Origin: Armatimonadota bacterium
Lineage (GTDB): Bacteria; Armatimonadota; Zipacnadia; Zipacnadales; UBA5352
NCBI GenBank assembly: GCA_034722055.1
Contig: JAYENL010000184.1
Coordinates: 1-31,727 of the forward strand
Direction of reading: 5' to 3'
Length of the DNA stretch: 31,727 bases
Shown here: piece after piece, positions 9,090 to 16,373 of the stretch
How the letters are laid out: each line of letters begins with the position of its first letter
Position numbering within the stretch: the first letter of the stretch is position 1
Notes under the pieces: generated by a model
The model's database searches: none
Told to the model about the DNA's origin: nothing
The model's input: only the letters and a program-made list of their open reading frames with translations
Position numbers and translations under genes: made by a program

Positions 9090-9170
9090 TTCCCCCCTCC
9101 CGCCTGCGCCATGTCGTCTATGGCGCCAGGGAGGGTGGTGGGCCGAGCGAAGCTCGGCTCGGGGGGAGGT
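9090..9170 (-). repeat. Palindromic repeat element, family A, copy 2
   Basis: Reverse complement ACCTCCCCCCGA[GCCGAGC-TTC-GCTCGGC]CCACCACCCTCCCTGGCG[hairpin]CGCAGGCGGGAGGGGGGAA matches the scaffold of 8582-8660. Confidence 0.75.
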
Positions 9171-9257
9171 CAGCGGCAGGGCCCTACGGAGGGCATCCGG
9201 CCCGGATGACGAAGAAGCCAGCGAACCCGAACGCAGCGCGGACAGGAGGCAGCAGCG

Positions 9258-10688
9258 ATGAGCGATGAGCGCCCCAACATCATCCTCTTCACCACCGATC
9301 AGCATCGCGGCGACTACATCGGCCTGGCGGGACACCCGGTCATGGAGACCCCGAACCTCGACGCCTGGGTCAACAACGGGCTCTACTTCCCCCACGCCTA
9401 CTCTGAGATCCCCTCCACCACCGGCGCGCGGCGGATGATGCACCTCGGCCAGGGATCCTACGACTGCGGCGTCATCGGCTACGCCGGCGGGCCCTGGGAC
9501 GAGGAGCCGTCGCTGCCGGGCGTGCTGGCGAGGGCGGGCTATCACTGCTTCAGCGCGGGCTGGCGCAACATGCACCCGCGCCGGAAGCTCTTCGGCTACC
9601 ACCACGCCGTGATCCACGACCTCCGCCGCGGCGTGGACGACTACTGGGAGTGGCTGGAGGGCGAGCTGGGGCCGGACGTGCGGGAGCGCGGGCACGGCTG
9701 CGACGCCAACGGCTGGCTGGCACGGCCATGGCACCTCCAGGAGCGCTATCACCCCACGGTCTGGACCACGAACGCGGCCCTGGAGCTGGTCGCCAAGCGC
9801 GACCCGACGAAGCCCTTCTTCCTTTGGGTGTCGCACCTGCGGCCGCACTCGCCGTATGATCCCCCGCAGTTCTTCTGGGACATGTACATCGACCGCGAGC
9901 TGCCGAAGCCGCCCATCGGCAACTGGGCCCAGCGGCACAAGAAGGAGGGCGTCCCACCCGTGCGCACCGCCTGGGAGGGGCGGCTGACCGACCTGCAGAC
10001 GCACCGCTGCCGCGCCGGCTACATGGGCTGCATCACGCACATCGACTATGAGCTGGGGCGCCTGGAGGAGGAGCTCAGCCGCACGGGGGGCGTGGATGCG
10101 AAGAACACCGTCTGGCTCTTCACCTCCGACCACGGGGACATGATGGGAGACCACTACCTGCACCGCAAGAGCTACGCCTACGAGGGCTCCGCGCGCATCC
10201 CGTTCGTGGTCCGCTACCCGGCGGGCTACGATGGGCCGACCGGGACCTTCGAGCATCCCGTCGGCATCCAGGACATCATGCCCACGCTGCTTGACATCGT
10301 GGGCGTTGAGGGCCCCGAGCAGATGACGGGCGGTAGCGTGGTGGAGGCGGCCCGCGGCGGCCAGTGGCGCGAGTTCATCCACGGCGAGCACTCGCCCTGC
10401 TACAGCCCCGACAACGCCATGCAGTACCTGACCGACGGCAGGGAGAAGTACATCTGGTTCCCGGTCACCGGGCAGGAGCAGTTCTTCGACCTGCAGCAAG
10501 ATCCCGAGGAGCTGCACGACCTGTCCGATGATCCGGAGGCGGCCGAGCGCGTGGCCCTGTGGCGGCAGCGGCTGATCGACCGGCTCGGCACACGCGGCGA
10601 CGGCTTCTCGGACGGCGAGAGGCTCATCACCAGGCCCGAGGGCTACGGGCCCTGGGTGGAGGGCTACGGCCCGAACGCATCGGCGTAG
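9258..10688 (+). CDS. Sulfatase-like hydrolase (alkaline phosphatase superfamily), non-canonical active site
   Basis: 476 aa; RPNIILFTTDQHR, TPNLD, PHSPYDPP, FTSDHGDM, RIPF and FDLQQDPEELHDL motifs; AGGAGG SD; signature reads PSTTGAR rather than PSCxPxR. Confidence 0.9.
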   Translation: MSDERPNIILFTTDQHRGDYIGLAGHPVMETPNLDAWVNNGLYFPHAYSEIPSTTGARRMMHLGQGSYDCGVIGYAGGPWDEEPSLPGVLARAGYHCFSAGWRNMHPRRKLFGYHHAVIHDLRRGVDDYWEWLEGELGPDVRERGHGCDANGWLARPWHLQERYHPTVWTTNAALELVAKRDPTKPFFLWVSHLRPHSPYDPPQFFWDMYIDRELPKPPIGNWAQRHKKEGVPPVRTAWEGRLTDLQTHRCRAGYMGCITHIDYELGRLEEELSRTGGVDAKNTVWLFTSDHGDMMGDHYLHRKSYAYEGSARIPFVVRYPAGYDGPTGTFEHPVGIQDIMPTLLDIVGVEGPEQMTGGSVVEAARGGQWREFIHGEHSPCYSPDNAMQYLTDGREKYIWFPVTGQEQFFDLQQDPEELHDLSDDPEAAERVALWRQRLIDRLGTRGDGFSDGERLITRPEGYGPWVEGYGPNASA

Positions 10689-10707
10689 GACGGGCTTCCA
10701 GCCCGAC
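10685..10707 (+). repeat. GTAG-type REP element overlapping the sulfatase stop codon
   Basis: GTAG GACGGGCT TCC AGCCCGAC; its TAG is the stop codon of the CDS. Confidence 0.75.
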
Positions 10708-10729
10708 AACTTGAGGGAGGAATATCACC

Positions 10730-11767
10730 ATGGTCCGCATCGGCTTTCTCGGCAGTGGCTTCGTGGCGACGTTCTATCAGCAGGGACTTCGCGACGTCCC
10801 CGGTCAGGAGGTGGTGGTGAGCTACTCGCGCACGGAGGAACGCGCGCGGGAGTTCGCCGAGGAGTGGGGCATCCCGGAATGGACCACGGAGATGGAGGCG
10901 GTCATCGAGCGCGATGACGTGGACCTGGTGCTCATCGCGCTGCCGAACCACCTCCACCGTGAGGCGGCGCTGGCCTGCGCGGAGGCCGGGAGGAACATGG
11001 TCTGCACCAAGCCCCTGGCGCGCACCGCCCAGGAGGCCCGGGACATGCTGGAGGCCGTGCGCGAGGCCGGGGTGATACACGGCTACGCGGAGACCGAGGT
11101 GTTCTCGCCGGCGGTGATGCACGCCCGCACGCTCATCGAGGACGGGGCCATCGGCGATGTCATCTCGGTGCGCTCGCGCGAGTCCCACTTCGGCCCCCAC
11201 TCGCCGCACTTCTGGGACCCCGAGCTCACCGGCGGCGGGGCCCTCAATGACATGGGGTGTCACTGCATCTCGGCGGCCCTCTACTTCCTGGAGGGGCAGG
11301 CACAGCCCGACCGCTGCCTCGCCTGGGGCGAGCTGCTCTACCACGCGGACAAGACCGAGGCCGAGGACAACGCGGTGCTGCTGCTGCGCTTCGACGGCGG
11401 GGAGATGTCCATCACGGAGACGAGCTGGTCGGCGCACGGCGGCCTCGACCTTCGCAATGAGATCTACGGCACCGATGGCACCATCTTCACCGACGTGACG
11501 CGCCGCACGCCGATGGTGGCATTTACGACCCGGAGCGCGGGCTACGTGGTGGAGAAGGCCGAGGCGGACACCGGCTGGGTCTTCCCGTGCGTGGATGAGG
11601 CTCGCGTCTACGGCTACCACGAGGAGATGCGGCACTTCGTGGAGTGCGTGGAGAGAGGCGAGACGCCGCGGCAGACCTTCGAGGATGGCTATCTTGTCAA
11701 TGTCATCCTGGAGGCGGCCTACCGCTCGATGGACGCCGGCACGTGGGAGCAGATACCGCTTCCGTAA
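10730..11767 (+). CDS. Gfo/Idh/MocA-family oxidoreductase
   Basis: 345 aa; N-terminal GFLGSG Rossmann motif, PNHLH, CTKPLA (EKP-like) and GGGALNDMGCH; GGGAGG SD. Confidence 0.93.
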   Translation: MVRIGFLGSGFVATFYQQGLRDVPGQEVVVSYSRTEERAREFAEEWGIPEWTTEMEAVIERDDVDLVLIALPNHLHREAALACAEAGRNMVCTKPLARTAQEARDMLEAVREAGVIHGYAETEVFSPAVMHARTLIEDGAIGDVISVRSRESHFGPHSPHFWDPELTGGGALNDMGCHCISAALYFLEGQAQPDRCLAWGELLYHADKTEAEDNAVLLLRFDGGEMSITETSWSAHGGLDLRNEIYGTDGTIFTDVTRRTPMVAFTTRSAGYVVEKAEADTGWVFPCVDEARVYGYHEEMRHFVECVERGETPRQTFEDGYLVNVILEAAYRSMDAGTWEQIPLP

Positions 11768-11787
11768 GCCAGCGAGGAGAGGCAGGC

Positions 11788-14445
11788 ATGCACCGACTGA
11801 TTCCGATCATGGTGGCGCTGCTTGCTGCAACCGGCGTTCACGCACAGCAGGCGGAGGTCAGCGTCGTCAACCCCGGCTTCGAGGGGGACGAGGACGGGGA
11901 TGGCATCGCCGACGGCTGGACGGCCGCTTACGGGGCCCCAGAGGAGAGCCTGGACGTCACCTTCTCGCTCGAGGATGGCCGTGAGGCGGGCACCTGCCAG
12001 AGGGTCGAGTGCACCCGGTGGGAGGACGGTCACGCCATGGTCTGCCAGGTCGGCACCGTGGCGGTCGAGCAAGGACAGTGGTACCGCATCACCCTCTGGG
12101 CGCGCGCCGAGGGGCGGCCGCAGGTCGGCGTCGCCATCCACGACACCGACGGCTGGCGCCACTGTGGCCTGTGGCGGCACTTCCGGCCCACCTCCCGGTG
12201 GCGCAGGTTCTCCTGGCGCTTCCAGGGCGACCACGACTGCCACGAGACCTCCCGGCTGCAGATCTGGTTCAGCTCCACCGGCACGCTGTGGGTGGATGAC
12301 CTGGTGCTCGAACAGATCCAGCCGCCTGCCAGCGCCAACATCATCCCCGACATCGGCTCGACGAACCTGGTGCCCAACAGCTCCTTCGAGTGCGGGCCCG
12401 ACCGCTGGATCTCGGCCGGCCACTGGCGGCTCTTCGGGGAAGTGGTGGCGGAGGACGCCGTGCACGGCTCGCACTGCATGAGGGTGGAGTGGTCGCGGGA
12501 GACTGCCCCGGTCTTCTCCTTCGACTACTACGAGATGCGCCGGGATCCGTACACCCGGCCCGCCGTCACCAGCGAGGGCTGGATGCGCGTCGAGGAGGGT
12601 GCGGACTATGTGTTCTCGATGTACCTCCGCGCCGACCGGCCGGTCGAGAGCGCTCGCATCCATGCCTTCGGCCCCACCCGCGGCTTCGGTGCGCGCGTAA
12701 CCGGGACGGGCCCCGACTGGCGTCGCGTCGAGCTGCCCTTCACGGCCACGGAGAAGCTGTGTTGCGTGCAGGTGGACGTGGACTGCGATGAGGCCGGTCT
12801 GGATGAGCTGACCTACTGGGTGGACGTCGTGCAGCTTGAGCGCGGCGAGACCGCCACCGACTACCAGCCGCGCCGGCCCGTGGAGATCGGCGTCAGGCCA
12901 ACCAACGGGCACGGCATCTTCGTCGGCGAGCAGCCGGAGTTGCGTCTCGTCGCCTACAACGATGGGGCGGACGCGGTGGAACTGGCGCTGTCCGTGACGG
13001 TCACCGATGGCTTCGACCGCACGGAGCTGGAGCGCCAGGACACAATCACCATCCCGGCGGGAGAAAGGGTAACGCAGGTAAGCAGCGGCATCGTCGACCT
13101 GCCCTTCTCTCGCGTCACCTGCTCGGCCGAGGGGATCGACGACCGCTCCGTCCGCATCGCCTCCCTGCCGGAGCTGGCTCTGGAGGACTCGCCTTTCGGC
13201 ATCAACCACGCATACGCCTGGGACCCGTACCTGGAGTTGGCGCAGAAGCTGGGCGTCAAGTGGGTGCGCGACTGGTCGCTGAAGTGGGATCACGTCGAGC
13301 CGGAGCCTGGCCGCTTCGAGTTCGAGATGGCCGACTACCAGATCGGCCGCCCGCAGAACCTGGGGATGAACCTGCTATGCATGTTCCCGTTCCCGTCCGC
13401 GGGCTGGTCATCGACGGCCCCGCCACTGGAGGAGATTCCCGAGCAGCTTCGCACCCGCGCGCCGTATCGCATTCGCACCGCCTACGCCCCGCGCGACCCG
13501 GCAGAGCTTGACCAGTACGTCTACGAGTGCGTGCAGCGCTACAGGGATCGCATCGACGTCTGGGAGGTCTTCAACGAGTCCATCTTCACCTCCTACTCGC
13601 TGCCGCAGAGAGCCGGCTACGAGGCGACCGACTACGTGCCGCTGCTCCAGGCCGTCTACCGCGGGTGCAAGCGCGCCGACGCCGATTGCACCGTCATCGG
13701 CGGCTACTCCGTCCCGCCGGAGCGCTTCGATGAACTGCACGGGCCCTTCATGGAGGCCGGCGGGCTGGACTTCTGCGACGCCTACTCGCTGCACATCTAC
13801 CCCGGCGGCGAGCCGGAGTTCATCGCCGCGCAGCTCGACCGCATCCGCGATGCCATGCGCCAGCACGGCGGCGTCAAGCCCATGTGGATGACGGAGTACG
13901 CCTACTACGGCGATGACGATCCCGACCCCATCCCCCGCCGCTGGCCGGCGCTCGTGGAGAGCGAGCTGATACAGGCCCGGTGGAACACGCGCATGTGCGT
14001 GACGCAGCTCGCGCACGGGGTCGAGAAGGTCTTCTACCACATCTGGCACACCCGCGCGAACCGGGACTCGGGCGCCCGCATCTTCTTCGAGTACGGCGGC
14101 GCGCCGCGCAAGATCGCCGCCTCCCAGGCCGCCATGGCGCGCATGCTCGGACCCGGTCCTCAGTTCCTGCGCGAGGTGGACATCGGCGAAAACGCGAGCT
14201 GCTACATCTTCGGGAACCGCCCCGGCCCGGACGGCGAGGGCCCGGCCCTCGTCGCCGTGGCCTGGCACCACTGGGAGCAGATGGACTGGGGCGACCTCTC
14301 CGCCCGGCGGCGTGTCCACGACATGTTCGGCAGGGCCATCGTCGGCGACAGCCTGAACGACACGCCCGGCCCCATCTACGTATTGGAGCGTGACGTATCG
14401 GCTGACGACTTCGCTGCCGCCATCAGGGAGGACATCGGCCAGTGA
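11788..14445 (+). CDS. Secreted clan GH-A glycoside hydrolase (GH39-like) with two N-terminal CBM-like domains
   Basis: 885 aa from ATG 11788; signal peptide ending VHA; two NPGFE/NSSFE...W repeats; catalytic-type motifs WEVFNE, SLHIY and PMWMTEY. Confidence 0.75.
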   Translation: MHRLIPIMVALLAATGVHAQQAEVSVVNPGFEGDEDGDGIADGWTAAYGAPEESLDVTFSLEDGREAGTCQRVECTRWEDGHAMVCQVGTVAVEQGQWYRITLWARAEGRPQVGVAIHDTDGWRHCGLWRHFRPTSRWRRFSWRFQGDHDCHETSRLQIWFSSTGTLWVDDLVLEQIQPPASANIIPDIGSTNLVPNSSFECGPDRWISAGHWRLFGEVVAEDAVHGSHCMRVEWSRETAPVFSFDYYEMRRDPYTRPAVTSEGWMRVEEGADYVFSMYLRADRPVESARIHAFGPTRGFGARVTGTGPDWRRVELPFTATEKLCCVQVDVDCDEAGLDELTYWVDVVQLERGETATDYQPRRPVEIGVRPTNGHGIFVGEQPELRLVAYNDGADAVELALSVTVTDGFDRTELERQDTITIPAGERVTQVSSGIVDLPFSRVTCSAEGIDDRSVRIASLPELALEDSPFGINHAYAWDPYLELAQKLGVKWVRDWSLKWDHVEPEPGRFEFEMADYQIGRPQNLGMNLLCMFPFPSAGWSSTAPPLEEIPEQLRTRAPYRIRTAYAPRDPAELDQYVYECVQRYRDRIDVWEVFNESIFTSYSLPQRAGYEATDYVPLLQAVYRGCKRADADCTVIGGYSVPPERFDELHGPFMEAGGLDFCDAYSLHIYPGGEPEFIAAQLDRIRDAMRQHGGVKPMWMTEYAYYGDDDPDPIPRRWPALVESELIQARWNTRMCVTQLAHGVEKVFYHIWHTRANRDSGARIFFEYGGAPRKIAASQAAMARMLGPGPQFLREVDIGENASCYIFGNRPGPDGEGPALVAVAWHHWEQMDWGDLSARRRVHDMFGRAIVGDSLNDTPGPIYVLERDVSADDFAAAIREDIGQ

Positions 14446-15521
14446 CCGCCAGGCGCCCTGTGCTCTCGCTCAAGAATCGCAACGAGAACACCGAGAACGA
14501 GCTGCGGGTCATCCAGTTCCAGCACCCCAGGTGGATCCCGGCGCGCATCGGCCTGCTGTCGGGCACGTGGCAGAAGCATCGCGAGGAGCTGGAGGAGATC
14601 GTCCTGCGCCATCCTCTCATCTTCCCCGGCTACCAGCGCGGGAGCCGCGACTTCGACGACCTCGGCCACGTCAGCTACGCCTGCGAGGAGTGCGAGGACG
14701 CCTGGGGCTGCCGGTGGGAGAACCTGGCGCCGGGCATGGTCGGCCAGGTGGTGATGCACCCGCTGGAGGACTGGAGCGCGCTGAAAAGCTACGAGCCGCC
14801 GAACCTGCTGGAGATCGACTCCTGGGGCAATCCCCGCGACTGGGACGCCGTCGCACGCGGCCTCGATGCGGCCGAGGAGGCCGGGGGCCTCCGGCGTGGT
14901 GGTGGGCTCTACCACGGCTTCATGTTCATGCGCCTGTACTACCTGCGGGGCTTCGAGAACCTGATGATCGACGTCGCCACCGCCGATCCACGCCTGGACA
15001 CGCTCATCGAGATGATACTGGAGCAGAACCAGCGGGTCATCGACAGGTGTCTCTCGCTGGGCGTGGAGTACATGAGCTTCGGCGACGACCTTGGCAACCA
15101 GGTGAACCTGCCCATCAGCCCCGGGGCCTGGCGGCACTACGTCGGGCCCTGCTACCAGCAGATGTACGGGGCCTGCCGCGACGCCGGCGCGCACGTCTAC
15201 ATGCACTCCGACGGGGACATCAAGGCCATCATCGTGGACCTGGTGGAGGCCGGCGTCACCGCCATCAACCCCCAGATCCGCGCCAACGGCCTGGAGCACA
15301 TCGAGCGCATCTGCAAGGGTCGGGTGGCGATCAACCTGGACCTGGATCGGCAGCTCTTCCCCTTCGCTACTGAGGAGCAGATCGACGAGCACATCCGCAC
15401 CGCGGTCGAGACCCTGGCCCTGCCCGAGGGCGGTCTGATGCTCAGCGCCGAGTGCGCCCCGGACGTACCCCTGGCGAACATCGAGGCCATCTGCGAGGCC
15501 TTCGAGCGCTACTGCTTCTGA
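14442..15521 (+). CDS. Uroporphyrinogen decarboxylase-like / MtaA-CmuA fold protein
   Basis: 359 aa; DAWGCRW, HPLEDW, LRGFENLMID, FGDDLG, MHSDG, LDRQ and DVPLANIEA motifs; GTG overlaps the upstream TGA. Confidence 0.85.
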   Translation: MTARRPVLSLKNRNENTENELRVIQFQHPRWIPARIGLLSGTWQKHREELEEIVLRHPLIFPGYQRGSRDFDDLGHVSYACEECEDAWGCRWENLAPGMVGQVVMHPLEDWSALKSYEPPNLLEIDSWGNPRDWDAVARGLDAAEEAGGLRRGGGLYHGFMFMRLYYLRGFENLMIDVATADPRLDTLIEMILEQNQRVIDRCLSLGVEYMSFGDDLGNQVNLPISPGAWRHYVGPCYQQMYGACRDAGAHVYMHSDGDIKAIIVDLVEAGVTAINPQIRANGLEHIERICKGRVAINLDLDRQLFPFATEEQIDEHIRTAVETLALPEGGLMLSAECAPDVPLANIEAICEAFERYCF

Positions 15522-15625
15522 GACCGGCCCGGACATCGCCTGGAGGTGCAGGGCGGGAGTCGCACCAGCGCGCCGCGAATCGCTTCCTCGAGAGATCACC
15601 CGGCGCACCGGTGGAGGGCAATGAC

Positions 15626-16345
15626 ATGAGTGAGCCCGTCTTCATGGCCGGCACTTCGGGCTATCAGTATGGCCATTGGGTGGGGCCGTTCTATCCCGAG
15701 GACCTCTCCAAAGACGAGTGGTTCGCCTTCTACGCGCAGCACTTCGATGTCGTTGAGATCAACAACACCTACTATGGCCTTCCGGAGGTGGAGACCTTCG
15801 AGAACTGGCGACAGCGCGCTCCGGAGGGCTTCACCTACGTCCTCAAGTACAGCCGCTACGGCTCCCATCTGAAGAAGCTGAAGGATCCCCCCGACCACAT
15901 CGACACCTTCCTGGAGCGAGCCACTCATCTCCGGGACCTGCTGGGCCCCATTCTCGTGCAGCTTCCGCCGCACTGGCACGCGGATCGCGGGCGGCTGGAG
16001 GCCTTCCTGGACTACGCACCGCGGGAGCATCGCTGGGCGGTGGAGTTCCGCGACCCCGACTGGCTGCGGGAGGAGATCTTCGACGTGCTCCGAAGCCACA
16101 ACTCGGCGCTGGTCATTCACGACATGATCCAGGATCACCCGCGCGTGACCACCGCAGACTGGGTCTACCTGCGCTACCATGGCGGTAAGCGCGGTGAGTA
16201 CACCTACCAGAAGATGAGCGCGGAGGCGCGCCGCGTCGAGGAGTACCTTGACCGGGGCCTGGACGTTTATGCGTTCTTTAACAACGACGCCCACGGGTGG
16301 GCGGTGGAGAACGTGCGCCAGCTCATCCGCTACGTGGACGCCTGA
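15626..16345 (+). CDS. DUF72 domain protein (YecE-like)
   Basis: 239 aa; GTSGYQY..W.G.FYP, VEINNTYY, LVQLPP, AVEFR, YLRYHG and FFNND motifs; GGAGGG SD. Confidence 0.92.
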   Translation: MSEPVFMAGTSGYQYGHWVGPFYPEDLSKDEWFAFYAQHFDVVEINNTYYGLPEVETFENWRQRAPEGFTYVLKYSRYGSHLKKLKDPPDHIDTFLERATHLRDLLGPILVQLPPHWHADRGRLEAFLDYAPREHRWAVEFRDPDWLREEIFDVLRSHNSALVIHDMIQDHPRVTTADWVYLRYHGGKRGEYTYQKMSAEARRVEEYLDRGLDVYAFFNNDAHGWAVENVRQLIRYVDA

Positions 16346-16373
16346 TCATTGTGTCCGGCGAGGTGATGCACCG

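Noticed and set aside
9082..9100. GGAGGTTCTTCCCCCCTCC as a preQ1-I riboswitch for the QueT-like gene
   Set aside because: Wrong strand for the ECF operon, no A-rich 3' tail, and it overlaps the end of a family A repeat.
8574..10709. 711-aa minus-strand ORF and other long antisense ORFs (6486-7991, 11719-13293, 16386-18269, 20020-21843)
   Set aside because: Shadow frames of well-supported genes, expected from high-GC codon bias.
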